Origin: Eledone cirrhosa
Lineage: Eukaryota
DNA length: 64,000 bases
Assembly: GCA_964016885.1 (NCBI GenBank)
Contig: OZ024742.1
Location: forward strand, 264,430,001 to 264,494,000
Reading direction: 5' to 3'
Of the stretch, positions 13,500 through 27,253 are shown one piece after another. The translations under genes were made by a program, and so were the position numbers. The notes beneath the pieces are model-generated. The model did no database searches. It saw only the letters and a list, made by a program, of their open reading frames with translations, and had not been told where the DNA came from. Numbering within the stretch: position 1 is the stretch's first letter; every line of letters starts with the position of its first letter.

Positions 13500-13790
13500 A
13501 TATATAACAGAGAATGTCTGTCTGTCAGTCTGTCTGTTCCCCTAAAACTCGAGAACCACCCAACCGATTTTTTCAAACTTTATACATGTAATACTTATGG
13601 TCGTGTAAGTGTTTTGAGCAAAAAATATTTCAAATTTTCAATGCCCTAGAGACCGCATTAGGCGCCGGTTAGCGATCTCTCTCTCTCTCTCTCTCTTTCT
13701 TAATCTGTATTTTTAGATAGATACATAGTTATAATGTCGCGCCTTTATAATATCTGTCTGTATGTCTGGCTGTCTGCATTACGACATTAT
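13500..13790 (+). mobile_element. Non-autonomous Helitron-like 5' segment
   Basis: AGAATGTCTGTCTGTC..AAAACTCGAGAACCACCCAACCGATTTTTTCAAACTT, homologous to the 5' part of 31035-31698(-). Confidence 0.5.
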
Positions 13791-13999
13791 GAAAACATAA
13801 AACGCAGAAGTAAATATTTCGAAAAACGTTGCAACCGAAGGAAAACAGGAAGACGATACTTTGGTTCGTGAAGACGTTCCCTGGCAATGAACGGAAAAAA
13901 GCGAAGATAATACGCCAGCAATGAGAATAATATTTGCTCTAGGGTTCTTATATATTTGATATATATTTATCCTTATCGAGCCCTCTTTGGTTCGACTAA

Positions 14000-14057
<58 letters not shown>

Positions 14058-14060
<3 letters not shown>

Positions 14061-17031
14061 GTAGGAGGTGAGTTTTATTGTAGTACAATAAAGCAATGCA
14101 GATATCGGATAAGAAGCACTTTACAGTTTGTGGGACTGGAGTATGCATAATATAAGATCAAAAGATGGTTAAAGGAGTTCAATATATTTTATTATGCGCA
14201 TTTCAAAAACAAACATCATCAAACAATAATATTTGTGTTTTCATCAGATAAAACAGGAGAACATGATATGAAGGCTAAAAAAAAAAAAAAACACTTGTTG
14301 ATAGTGCAGTTTTAAATCAACATATGAAAAGTGGTTTTAGATTGATGTGTGATATTGGGAAAAATATTTTATTTAGAGAGGGGGGGAGAGAAAGGGATGA
14401 AAAGGGAAGGAGATGAGAGGGAGAGATGGGTGATAGAGAGAAAGAGATAGTTTTTATAACTGAGAGGAGATATATTTTATATAGAGAGGTTGAAAACCGT
14501 TGGAAGATACTGTATAAATTAAAAATTTTGAAAATTAACGAAGGGAGGATATGTGCGAGGAAAAAATATTATATTTAGGGAGGGGGGGGGGGGGGAGGAT
14601 GAAAAAAAGGGGAGGAGATGAGAGTGAAGGTGGAAAGGGAGAGATGGGTGATAGAGAGAAAGAGATAGTTTTTATAACTGAGAAAAAGATATAATGTTTT
14701 AATATAGAGAGGTTGGGAACCGTTGGAAGATAATGTATAAATTAAAGGAATTTGAAAATTAACGAAGGGAAATTATGTATGGAGATAGAGAGAAAAAAAT
14801 AATAATTGTGGGTGAATATTCTAACGTCAAAAGAAGAAATGTAGGAATTTTAAAATTAGCAAAGAGAAAAAGTTTATGTGTAGAAGGATTTGAGAAAAAT
14901 AATGTGAAGTTAAAGTTTGTATATTGAATTCATATGTATTAATAATGAGTTCGTTGATGGGGAGAAAAAAATAATAATAAATTAAGGATGAAATTGAGAT
15001 TAAAAAGATTTATGATAGAGAGAAAAAATAATAATGATTGCGGATGAATACTCAAAATGTCAAAAACAAATGTTATTGTTTTACGAGGAGATAGAAAGAG
15101 GGTGATGAGTAAACGGGTATTATAGAGTGTATAATGCCCTTTAAAGTAAGGTAGATGGGTATATTTTAAAGAATATATGAGTATATATTAAAAAATATAT
15201 ATATAATAATAAATTAAGGATGAAATTGAGATTAAAAAGATTTATGATAGAGGGAAAAAAATAATAATGATTGCGGATGAATATTCAAAATGTCAAAAAC
15301 AAATGTTATTGTTTTACGAGAAGATAGGATGGGGGTGATGAGTAAACGAGTATTATAGAGTGTATAATGCCCTTTAAAGTAAGGTAGATGGGTATATTTT
15401 AAAGAGGTGTATGTATATGTGCCTTTGAGAAAAGATTCTAAATTGATAAAGAATTGAATATTAACTGTATACTTTGTGAAAAGTTCTATGGAATTTATGC
15501 AGGCAGATGGAAAACAAATCGGAGCGTCTATTTATTATGGATTCTAGGTTAGAGATAATGGTAAATTTTTCATTTAGGCAGAGATTACAGATTTTAGATA
15601 GAGAGCTGTTCAAGTACGAGGATGCAGAAGAAATCTTTTTCCAAAAGATGTTATATTTAATGTTTTTGTCTTTTAAGGACCATATGAGTTCTGAGAGAGC
15701 AGTGTTAGTTCTTTTAAGTTTGTATTTGAAAGATGAATGATGATTATAGAGACGAGCTTTAAAAGAGGTGGAAGTGGAGCCAAAATAGGTGAAGGAATTG
15801 GTGCTAGTTATAATTTTACATTCATAAATTAAGTTTTTATCGAGGCAATGGTTGTTGAGAGGACATTTATTTTTAATGCGGCAGTTGCAATTAGAGAGAT
15901 TATTAATGAGTGATCTAGTGTTATCTATAGAAGGAATTGGATTGGAGAAGTTGTTTGCGATAGGAATAATAGGAATAATAGTTTCTTGATTTAGAGTTGG
16001 ATTATGAACATTTAGCGAAGTTGTGTTTGACGTTGCATTTGGGTTTACAGAAGTTAGCCTAGGGTTTACAATGACGTCAGGAGTACTATTATTGTTATTA
16101 TGAAATTCAATATTGGAAGGAAGAGATTTAGTATTTAATATTTTGTTGTTGTGTTTAGAGATGATGTTGGAAATATTGGAGGATGTAGAATACGAAAATT
16201 TGATGGTGTGTTTGTTAAATATTTTACTATAGATATGTGAGGGAGGGAAGCATTTATTTAAGGCCTAAAAAATAATTTAGGAATATTGTTATTAATAGAG
16301 ATGGAGAAAGGAGCATTATACCAGATTATGTTTTTGTATCTAGGTCTTTTATTAAAATTATTGGAATGGTTATGATTAAATATTCTACTGTAAGTTTTCC
16401 TAGAATTTGTTTCTTTATTATATTTGATTTTATCTGGATAGCCGGCTTTAGAAAGTGCGTTATTATAGTAATTGGCGTTAGCATCAAAGATGTTTTTATT
16501 AGAAGATATGTTAGATATTCTATTTCCAATATTATTAACTATAGCATTCTTGATATTGGTAGGATGGTTAGATTTAAAGTTAACATAATTAAGATTCTCA
16601 TTGTTTTTATGGTAAGGGTAATATAGGCCAGTGTCAAGATTAAGAGATACATCCAAGAAATTAGCTAGTTTGGTACTATTATCAAATTCAATTTTTAGGT
16701 TATGTTGGTTAAAGAGATTACGTATATTGTTCTTAATAATATTAAGTTTAACTATATTGCAATTTAGGATAGTAAAGAGTCCATCGTCACGATAAATTCC
16801 ACCGCGAAGTTGAGGAATTTTCCGACTCAAAGAGTTCAAAATGAAGATACCAATTAAATCAGTCAATTGGGATGAATCGGATGCTCCCATTGTGATGTCG
16901 AAGTTGTTAGAGGTATCGGCTCTGGTCCAATATTCGTTGTTGAACTCTAGGATGGTTTTACGTGCGGTGATGTTTGTTTTTGAAATGCGCATAATAAAAT
17001 ATATTGAACTCCTTTAACCATCTTTTGATCT

Positions 17032-17037
<6 letters not shown>
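14058..17037 (-). mobile_element. Hydra-type Penelope-like retroelement, 5'-truncated, with 70-bp inverted cap
   Basis: RT 16970-16258 (FDITMG, GIYRDDGL, FLDVSLNL, SNHP); CNCRIKNKCPL linker and GIY-YIG remnant 15900-15500; tandem duplications in the 3' UTR; 16968-17037 is an inverted copy of 14147-14218. Confidence 0.9.
14186..14254 (-). ncRNA. Type-I hammerhead ribozyme
   Basis: TTTTAT-CTGATGA-AAACACAAATATTAT..ATGATGTTTGTTTTT-GAAA-TGCGCA-TA^ATAAAA. Confidence 0.85.
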
Positions 17038-17074
<37 letters not shown>

Positions 17075-17146
17075 AAACTTGGACGGGAACACAAACAGAG
17101 AGGCAGTACAAATAAGAGTTTATTAGGTTCACGATTTTGAGAGGGG

Positions 17147-17180
17147 GAGACGTTTCGGGCATATGCCCTTCATCAGGAGA
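17147..17180 (-). ncRNA. Hammerhead core in a PLE-like 3' remnant (17070-17580)
   Basis: CTGATGA-A-GGGC ATAT GCCC-GAAACGTC; stem I not paired. Confidence 0.5.
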
Positions 17181-17589
17181 AAAGTGGGTAGGAAGAGAGT
17201 TCTGAGGGTGTGTGGAGGAGTGGTGGAAAGACATTTAGAAAAAGGGGGGTGGGGTGGAGAAAAGGGAGTAAAAACGATGGAAGGAGTACAAATAAAAATA
17301 AAAATAAAAATAAAAATAAACATAAAAATAAACAAGTGGTGGAAGGGTGTGAGGCGTGTAGCGGTGGTTGGTGGAGTTAGTCTTAGTATACTTCGTCCTG
17401 CTTTTAGGTCATGCCTCGAAGGAAGAGATACTCCATTGACCGAAATAGTGCGAAAGCGGCAAGAAAAAAAACAAGGTGGGCAAACGAATGATCGGTGGAA
17501 TCTGCTATTCGACGGTCGCAAGGCCGAGGTATTCCGTACTTCTCTCTACTGTTTCAGAAAGGAGGGATAAACATGTCAATCTATGTTTA

Positions 17590-17617
17590 GAATCCCGAGC
17601 AACACCGGGCCATTCTG

Positions 17618-17622
<5 letters not shown>
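17590..17622 (+). mobile_element. Helitron 3' terminus
   Basis: CCCG-AGCAACAC-CGGG hairpin followed by ..CTAAT, homologous to the 3' end of 31035-31698. Confidence 0.5.
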
Positions 17623-17650
<28 letters not shown>

Positions 17651-17652
<2 letters not shown>

Positions 17653-20497
17653 CCAAATGTTAAACAAGGTTCATTGATTATTCAATGAATATAGTTTTAC
17701 AATAGATTAAAAGCACTCAACAAAGAAGTTTTCTGGAGTTATTAATATTATTCAAAATATTAATAAATGGAGACATTCACGTAATCAAAATATATGTTTT
17801 ATTATATATATTTCGGAGGTACTGTGCTGTTTTTTCAGTACGTCCTCATCAGATAAAATACATAAATTGATGTATGACATACCTCAACTGTGCTGATCGT
17901 TCAATTCCAGTCTTGGCAGTGATTTATTACAACAAAACTCAATATTTATATACCACAAGTAATAGTGTGACAAACTAAATATGATGGAGAGGGATAAGTA
18001 GTGAGATATAAGTATTAGGAGTGGGTGAGTAGGAGAAAATTATAGAATAAATAAATAAATAAATACATAAGTATATAAATGTTAAATATTTAAATATTTA
18101 CATATGTAAATATCCGTGTTAGAGAAAAAGACAAGAGAGAGAGAGAGAGTGCTAAATAGAAGTGAAAGGGGAAAAAGATAAAAAGATGAAGATAAAAAGA
18201 AGGGAGAGGGAGATAGAGATGATAGAATATATAACCGCATTAGGAAAAGAGATAAAAAAGAAAGAAGAAAGGGACATGATGTGTGACCGTTTTTTTTTTC
18301 AAATATTAAGTCAGGTAGAAGCAATCAATTAAATACCGTGAAATTTTAATCTATTGTATTTGGTTATATTTGAGCAAATTATACTATTATATTATATCAA
18401 AATTAAACAATATAAAATATTTTCAATGATAATCAGGAGCATAGTTAAATTAATAAATATATTCAATATTTAGTTACAAAATTCAAAGTCAGAAACATTA
18501 AGTACCAATGATGTTACAAATATAGTAAATAAGTATGAGAGTATTTATCATAACTTAATTGCATATCAGCATCTGTATATGCATTTTATATAATGTTTAG
18601 AATTATAAATATTATAAACAATACTATTTAAATCAATAGTTGTCAATTACATATAGGATTAATTATTAGTTATATTTACTCTTGAAAGTATTATTATTTC
18701 GATTCAACCAAATCTTATTGTATTCAATACTATAGATCAAGTTAAATACAGATTATTAATCAATTTGGATAAAACGTAAATTATACACGATAAAAGTAAA
18801 AAAATGAGCTCCGTACAACATATCTAAACGTTTAAATTAACTAAAAGGTTTGAAAGCTTGAAGGTATTTCAGATCAGAAATTTAGAAAATTCAAGACATA
18901 AAATGAGGATTCTAAAACCAAACTAAAGGTATTTAGTCAATCAAGAGATTAACTTACTATATAAAAGAACCGATATGCATTTCCTAAGGTGAAGTAAAAC
19001 ATTTTACATAATGCTAACAAAAACAAGGATTATTAATAAAAGTCAATAGCTTTTCTCACTCAGTCAATGTTTTTTCCTAAATTTATATGATGCTTGAAAT
19101 GTTTTTGTAGATTTATGGAGGCAATTTGAAAATAACTCACTTTTGTTATTAATTAAATTACCATAATTAGCAATTATTAATAGTCTCTAAATTGCAAAGA
19201 TTGCAGTTTGATGAAATGGAATCGTTCCGATAGGATTCAGAGTTTCTAAGCTTAACCCAAGAAATTGAGTATTTCATATTTTATCTTTTAAAGACCATAT
19301 TAATTGTGATAATGAAGTAGAAAATGTTTTATCTGGATTAGGAAAAGAATGTTTATGATTGGAAAAGCGAAGTTTAAAGTTCGACGAAGTTGCACCTATG
19401 TAGTTATAAGTAATATTATTATTTGTTTTAATGGTACATTTATATACTAAATTCTTATCAAGGCTGTTATTTTGTAAAGGGCATTCGGATTTCCTTCTAC
19501 AGTTACAGTTCAATTTCATGCTATTTCTATAATCTAAACTGTTCATAGTATCATTGTTAATATTTGTAGGTGTTCTACAATATGTGTTTAAATTATTGTT
19601 ATTGTTATTCTCAATAACTATTGTATTATTACTATTGTTATTATCGCTAATTATATGTTGGTTTGAATTAAGAATTCTGCTATTAATTTTTGCAATATTT
19701 TGAGCCATATTCATGGTTGTTGAGTACGAAAGTTTAACTGTGTCTATTAAAGATAGAGTAATACTTATGTGATCTAGGGAAACATTTATCCAAGGCTTTG
19801 AAAAATAAATGTGCTAAAGGCGTTTTAATAGCTAAAGGATGCTGGTGGGGCATACCAATAATAGATCTAGTTCTAATTCTTTTCACCGATTTATTCTCCA
19901 AATTGTTATTTTTATTTATATTTATATTTTTATTTTTACAGTCAGTTTTATTTATATTATTCCTATTATTATGAATATTTTGTTTATAATTACTATTATT
20001 ATTTTCTACATATTCAATATTATTTGTATATCCTGCTTTATGTAACGCTTCATTATAATATCCAGCTTTACTATTAAAAATGGATTTGTTAGCAGATAAT
20101 CTGGTTATACGTTCTTTAACACTATTGACTATTGCATTTTTAACACATTTAGGATGATTAGAATAAAAAGTAACATAATTTAGGTTTTCATTGGATTTAT
20201 GGAAGGGGTAATATAGGCCTGTGTTTAAATTAAGGGTTACGTCTAAAAAGTTAACTATTTTACTGTTATTTTCTAATTCTAATTTCAGGTCGCAATTTTT
20301 AAAGAATTCTATAATTACTTTCTTTACTCTATTTAATTCACTATTGCTATGTTTAACTACAGTAAATAATATGTCATCCCTATATAAACCACCGGTAATC
20401 TCCGGCAGTTTTCTATTTATCATATTAAGGATGAAAATTCCCAGAAGATCGGTAACTTGCGCGGAATCGGACGATCCCATAGTAATGTCGAAATTTT
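17651..20497 (-). mobile_element. Hydra-type Penelope-like retroelement, 5'-truncated
   Basis: RT 20480-19734 (GLYRDD, FLDVTLNL, SNHP); CNCRRKSECPL, VYKC..YIGAT..FKLRFSNH GIY-YIG 19714-19080; long 3' UTR ending in HHR and tail. Confidence 0.9.
17796..17860 (-). ncRNA. Type-I hammerhead ribozyme
   Basis: TTTTAT-CTGATGA-GGACGTACTG..CAGTACCTCC-GAAA-TATATA-TA^ATAAAA. Confidence 0.85.
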
Positions 20498-20611
20498 TCT
20501 GTCTTGATAGTTACAACAATAAAGGTCGAACAGAGAACATATTTTTTAACATACTTTACAATAATTTGTACAACCATAATGGAAATTCCAAGTAACAGAA
20601 AATACATAAAT

Positions 20612-20830
20612 TACATTGTTAGAGCCTCAGAGTATACAATATTTTTTGTTCGGCTCTCGGGACAAAGATGAAGAGATTGTTTGGCGAGCTCACCTTAGAG
20701 CATCCTACATACAATTGACCGTGGTTTTCCCAGATGAAGGCCAGCCACATTGAGGGTTTGACCCTGAGCTTTGTTGATGTTAATCGCGAAGTTTAGTATC
20801 TCTGTTGCTCTAGTAACAATTTTTCTTCTG
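20612..20830 (-). pseudogene. Helitron Pif1 helicase C-terminal remnant
   Basis: FAININKAQGQTLNVAGLHL..HGQLYVGCSKV..RTKNIVYSEAL* (Pif1 motifs V/VI), frameshifted. Confidence 0.85.
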
Positions 20831-21013
20831 GGAAATCTGATCTTGCGACCAGGCTAGGACTTTTTGGTGGCACATCGGCAGTAACAATGACGATAAGCCG
20901 TCTGTGCTTTCGTGAAATAAATACGTTTGTTTATAATTTGTTTTTGTGTATGCAAAAATATCTGTACACGAATATATAATTATATATATATATATATTAA
21001 AATAACAGATTAA

Positions 21014-21064
21014 AGTTTAAGCAAAGAATCGCTGCTTTCACCCATAACGGGATCTTCTGAAACT
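21014..21064 (-). ncRNA. Variant hammerhead (CAGAAGA core) in solo PLE 3' fragment 20998-21160
   Basis: Same fold as 48139-48189. Confidence 0.55.
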
Positions 21065-21354
21065 AAAAAAAATCAATCTGTGAACGCAGAAATAAATATT
21101 TCGAAAAACGTTGCAACAAAAAGAAAAGAGGAAGATGATACTTTGGTTCGTGAAGACGTGAGGAATGTCGTATAACCGGAAGTGTTGACATTTGAAAATG
21201 TTAAAGATGTGAATATTTTAACAACATTCAGTAGACAAAAATACCCTCACTTTCTTACTTGGAAAAAGTTACATCTATGGTGCAAATTTAGTGCCGTTTG
21301 TTCCAGTCGCTTGGCGGAAAGTTTGTTACTTACATACGGCCGTCAGCTTTATAG

Positions 21355-21393
<39 letters not shown>

Positions 21394-21435
21394 CATGATA
21401 TTAATAAATGGAAACTATATTTATCAAACCATATC

Positions 21436-21496
21436 TATTTTATTATATATATTTCAAGGGTACCTAAATTTTGGTACGCTCTCATCAGATAAAATA
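21436..21496 (-). ncRNA. Type-I hammerhead in ~115-bp solo mini-element
   Basis: TATTTTAT-CTGATGA-GAGCGTACC AAAATTTA GGTACCCTT-GAAA-TATATA-TA^ATAAAATA (8-bp stem I). Confidence 0.85.
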
Positions 21497-21505
21497 CAAA
21501 ATTTG

Positions 21506-21544
<39 letters not shown>

Positions 21545-21680
21545 GCTCCACATTACGCCCTTCTTTCTTTTTTTCTTTTTTCTTTTCACTTCATAAACCT
21601 CGTTTGTAAATAACATTATTCTTTCTGCACCATTTCTTTAACATGTCCAACACCACCATTCTACACCAACACATATTATT

Positions 21681-21722
21681 ATTATTTGATAATGCATAAA
21701 AATCCTGAAACCGGTAATAGAC
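21681..21722 (+). ncRNA. Degenerate hammerhead-like motif with U3-A8 core
   Basis: TTAT-TTGATAA-TGCAT AAAA ATCCT-GAAA-CCGG-TA^ATAG; stem II weak. Confidence 0.4.
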
Positions 21723-21913
21723 AATTATTAAATATATAAATAAATAAATAAATGCCATTGTTAATTAATAAACAAATCAACTAATACCTTAACACTTCAC
21801 AGAAAGTAAAATATTTCGTTTTAATCATTTTCTAACCCAGAAAAAAAGAGAGAAATAAATATAAAGGGAAAAGAATATATTTTTCTTCCTAATAATCGTC
21901 TTTTTCTCCCTGT

Positions 21914-21990
<77 letters not shown>

Positions 21991-22229
21991 TGTTTGTGTG
22001 TGTGTGCATGTGTGCGTATATATATATATATCAACAAACAAATGACATGCATGACTACCCATACATCCTAGCGTAGATACATATTGATAGTTAAAAAACC
22101 ATATACAAACACATAAATACACACATACGTTGCACAAGAGCACATGTTAATACAATCACATACACACACACTGCATTCAAATACACTCTCTCAAGCTCAT
22201 CTATACAGCCTGCAAAAAGAAATACTGAA

Positions 22230-22261
<32 letters not shown>

Positions 22262-22262
22262 G

Positions 22263-22328
<66 letters not shown>

Positions 22329-22939
22329 CAAACCCATATACACGTTCATACATACAGGTACACAGACAAGTTCTCACATTTTTACACACATAGATGTATA
22401 CAACCACATACATTCGTGCATAAACACACACATACACGCATACAGATATAATGAAATACAAGCAAAATTCCTCGTTTTTCTGTAAACACCATTGAAGAAA
22501 GACTTCCACATTTGAGTGAATCCGTTAAAGTTTTAACAGTGGGAACCAGCCGTCATAATAGGACACGCATGAGACACTGGGGCAGGGAGAGCAAGGGAGG
22601 GGTATATTGTAGGACACAGCCACTGTTAAGTCATTCCGAAGATGGAATATAGAAATATATTGATTAAAGAAACCTCTAGATCATATACAGAGGAGAAATA
22701 AATGAGAAATCTGTCAAAGCAGGATGTCATATCAGTTTGGATGTTGTGTCATAGCAGTGAGACTGACAGCAGGACTCTTGTAACAGAGAACAACGTCTGT
22801 TGATAAATCATGGAATTGCTTTAAACTGTCGTTGACACAGTACTCTCACTCATGCATCATAAAAAAGCAACAAATAGCTTCTTCTTTTTCTTCTTCTTCT
22901 TCTTCTTCTTCTTCTTCTTCTTCTTCTTCTTCTTGTGGA

Positions 22940-23509
22940 TTGGCAGTATCGGTAGTGTGTCGGACACGCTGTTTCGCGGCATAGAGTTACGGCCCTTTAC
23001 GTTGTGAGTTCAAATCTCGCCGACGTTAACTTTGCCTTTTATACTTATGGGGTCGATAAAGTACCAGTAATGCCCTGGGGTCATTTAATTGACTTTCCCA
23101 TCCCCTTAAAATTGCTGGCCTTGTGCTTAAAGTAATAACAATTGGCAGTATCGGTAGAGGGTTGGACACCATGCTTTCTAGCAAAGTTACGTCCCTTTAA
23201 ATGCCATCAAGATTAACTTTTCTTTTCATCCTTATGGGGTCGATTAAATAAAGTACCAGTAATGTACTGGGTATTTGCTGGCCTTGTGTCAAAAGTAGAA
23301 ACAATTGGTAGTATCGGTAGAGGGTCGGACGCCATGCTTTCCAGCATAGTTACGTCCCTTTACGATCTGAGTTCAAATCCCGCCGAGGTTGACTTTGCCT
23401 TTCATCCTTACGAGGTCGATAAAATAAAGTACCAGTAATGCACTGGGTATTTGCTGGCCTTGTGCCTAAAGTAGAAACTATTATTATTAGTAGTAGTAGT
23501 AGTAGTAGT

Positions 23510-23553
<44 letters not shown>

Positions 23554-23584
23554 AAGCAGCAGCAGCAGCAGCAGTAGTAGTAGC

Positions 23585-23618
<34 letters not shown>

Positions 23619-24790
23619 AGAGCAGCACTACTAGATGTCATATACTGTGAAATAGGAAATAGCTGTCTAATCTAGATGTAATGTTGAAATAGCAGCCAAA
23701 TCAGCCATCCGTCCCACCCTACTCCCTCATAAAAGACAGATTGGATGACAGAAGTTAGATAATGTTCGACAAAAAACACAATGTTCATGACTGAAATGCC
23801 TTTCATCACAGGACTGCTATATTAGAGATTAATAATTGTTTCTGATTTAGGCACAAGGCCAACAATTTGGGAGGATGGGAAAGTCGATTAAATCGTCCCC
23901 AGTTCATCACTGGTACTTTATTTATCGACCCCGTAAAGATGGAAGGCAAAGCTAACCTCGGCGGGATTTAAACTCAGAACGTAAAGAGGCGTAACCCTAT
24001 GCCATAAAGCATATTATCCAAACTCTACTGATACTGCTAATTTACAGTCCTATTTCAAGAATAAATAAATGTTTCTACTTTAGACACAAGGCCAGCAATT
24101 TAAAGTTGAGTTGACTCCGGTTCACCAAGACGGTGGCTCGCTTGAAGAGTGTCAATTTGCCTATCCGCGCTCTGAGTTCAAGGTCAACTTTGCTTTTCAT
24201 CCTTCCGGGGTCGTTACAATAAAGTATCTGTTAAGTACTAGTGTCGATACAATCGGCTTTCCCCTTTCCCTACATTTCTATCCCTTTGCCAATTAGAAAT
24301 AATTATTAGAATAATAGAGCTAGGGCGGTGAGTTGGTAATATCAGTAGGGCGTTGAACAACAATCCCGCTGAGGTTACCTTTGCCTTTCATCCATCTGGG
24401 GTCGCTAAAATAAAGTACCAGTCAAGTACAGGGTTTGAAATAATCGACTTTTTTCCCTCAAAATTGCTGGCCTAAATTAGAAATTATTTTATTGCACAGA
24501 GCCAGAGCCATTTTTGGCCAGGTTGTTAACTAAAGGGTTAAGTAAAGTGTACCGAAGACTTTAATTCACTGAACTTAAAACAGGAAACCCTTAGCCCTTC
24601 CCTGGACTGGCAGTATCGGTAGAGGGTCGGACGCCATGCTTTGACGCATAGAGTTACGGCCCTTGCCATTCTGAGTTCAAACCCCGCCGAGGTTAACTTT
24701 GCCTTTCATCCTTACGGGGTCGATAAAATAAAGTCCCAGTAATGCACTGGGTAATTGCTGGCCTTGTACCAAAAGTAGAAACAATTATTA
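22940..24790. mobile_element. Cluster of ~7 tRNA-derived Nin-domain SINE copies
   Basis: A-box TGGCAGTATCGG, B-box GAGTTCAAATCC, core GCCTTTCATCCTTACGGGGTCGATAAAATAAAGTACCAG; copies at ~22940, 23143, 23306, 23834(-), 24135, 24322 and 24608; further copies at 1-80 and 28318-28460(-). Confidence 0.8.
23488..23620. repeat. (TAG)n/(CAG)n trinucleotide repeat
   Basis: Directly visible; complementary (CTA)/(CTG) tract at 26326-26520. Confidence 0.95.
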
Positions 24791-25110
24791 GAAACGTAGT
24801 TAGGAGATACATTGATGTGATGGAGAAAATGCCTTGTGCTATATATGGTGCTTATCTGCTACATATGGCATATATGTGGTATATATGCTATATATAAGGT
24901 ATATATAATATACTGGTATAAATATCATATATGTTTTATCTGGTATGGAGTCTAAATGTCGTATATATGGCATTCATTGGTATGTATGTTATATATAGTA
25001 TATGTGGTATATGTGGCACATATGCATATGGCATATGTGTTTTATATATGGTTTATGTGTTATAAATGGCTTATATGTTGTGTATATATATTTTATATAT
25101 GGCTTATATG

Positions 25111-25162
<52 letters not shown>

Positions 25163-25509
25163 ATTTACTACTAATTTTGAATAAAATTATTATTGATTTT
25201 GACAACAGGTGGTGATATGCATGTAAGTAAATATTCTCTTTATCTGATATTTTGTAACTAACCTTACATAGATCGCTATCGAAGTATAGTTACGATGTAT
25301 TATCATCACCTAGAAACGATCGTAAAGCAGTGAAGTATATTTCTAATGACTTTATTTTTTATTTCATTGTTTTAACTTATATCATGACTCTGTTTTCCTT
25401 TTAATGTTTTATTGTTTTCCGGGATTTATTTTAATCTACAACATTTTCAACATACGGATTACATTGAGTTCTTCATGCAGACTAGGCCCCACAACTTACC
25501 GTGGATATC

Positions 25510-25569
<60 letters not shown>

Positions 25570-26021
25570 GTATATAAGGTATATATGATGTATATGGAAT
25601 GTATGTGATATATGAGGTGTATATATGAATTACAGGTTCAGTCTATTTGTCAGGCTTTCACATGCTATTGTAAAATACTTATGCCCCAGTTGCTATACAA
25701 TGGGATAGAACCCGGGATCTGATGATTGCGAAGTGAACTCTTTAACTATTTAGCTTTGCAACAGAGACATATGCAACTGTGGAATGAGTACCTACAGCAC
25801 CCTATAAGATCCCAAGTGTTGCTGCGTATGGTTACAATATAAAAGTGGAAATGTCATTAGAAATGCATGCTATTTTTAGATGCACATTGGGTGGCAAACT
25901 GCACTTGTAAATAGCATTTGACTTCTGTCAACTTTCTGGGTAACATCTGATGATAAATAAGCGTGTGTGTATGTGTGTGTGTGTGTATATGTGTGTTTAA
26001 ATATTGTAATAGGTGTAAGCT

Positions 26022-26084
<63 letters not shown>

Positions 26085-26325
26085 AACGCTTACATACACA
26101 CGCATATATAAAATATGTATGTATCATTAGGTCGGTATGCATTGTGTATGCATATGTATGTGCATCTATGTATACATAAATGTGTATGTATCCATTCATA
26201 TTAAGTTATGTGTGTGTGGATGTGTCTGTGAGTGACCGTCTGTACCTGGGCTCTGGGTATTTTCATTTGAACTCTAATTAAACATGGCGGAAATATGTAA
26301 CAACGTAACATTCTTTTATCACTTG

Positions 26326-26370
<45 letters not shown>

Positions 26371-26446
26371 GCTGCTGCTACTGCTGCTACTACTACTACT
26401 GCTGCTGCTGTTGCTATTGCTGCTACTGCTGCTGCTGCTACTACTA

Positions 26447-26509
<63 letters not shown>

Positions 26510-26629
26510 ATGCTACTAGTGAATCTATACATATTTTAATATGAAAACTGTAAAAACAGTCACTAGTAATGTTCTATGTATGTATGTATGTATGTATGTA
26601 TGTATGTATGTATGTATGTATGTATGTAT

Positions 26630-27145
26630 GGTGAGGAGGGTGACTTTGGACATCCTGCAGGACTAAAAACAAAACCTGTCAAAGGGCAAAGGAGCTCTTA
26701 AGAGTCAATCGCCATCCAAAATCACCGGGAGAGATGACCCCTTAGCCTTTGTCAAGGCAGAATTCTAGGAGAAGGAAAACTCTGATATAACACCTGCAAC
26801 CCTGATGGTATCCAATGATGTTAACTTGTTCTTCTTTTTGGTAAATATCATCTTGGTTAAGAGAGTGGGACTGGCTTTGTGCAGTGCCTTTGCTCACTAT
26901 AAAAGCTTTATGGCACAGGCATTGCTTTATATCTGGAGATCTCTCTGCACTTGTCGTCACATGGTACCATGGGTCCAGCACTATGTGTCAATAATTGTCA
27001 CAGGTGTAGGGTTTGTACCAGAGTTTTCAAGTCGCTGGCTGGACTAAAAAGCCACACTCATTCAGCGCATCGGTAGGGGTTCTCCTACATGGATATAAAG
27101 TAGTGGCCGTACTCGAAAACGAGTTGGCAGCCACCATGTATGTAT
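26630..27145 (+). mobile_element. Non-autonomous RTE-derived retroposon with (ATGT)n flanks
   Basis: Near-identical to 33060-33622(-); 3' part encodes an RTE-like terminal C2H2 remnant (HKCSVCTRVFKSLAGLKSH in copy 2). Confidence 0.65.
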
Positions 27146-27199
27146 GTGTGTGTGTATGTGTATCTATCTATCACACACACATTCATTCTCTCTTCCTCA

Positions 27200-27253
<54 letters not shown>

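Noticed and set aside
22490-22860. Possible CR1/L2-like LINE 3' remnant on the minus strand
   Set aside because: Only faint motif similarity; it cannot be supported by eye.
22940-24790. Regularly recurring repeats as a possible CRISPR array
   Set aside because: Eukaryotic context; units are 160-200 bp SINEs with pol III boxes, with no unique spacers or cas genes.
25195-25335. GAAACGATCGTA palindromic HHR-like 3' half
   Set aside because: No intact CUGANGA in register; too degenerate to call.
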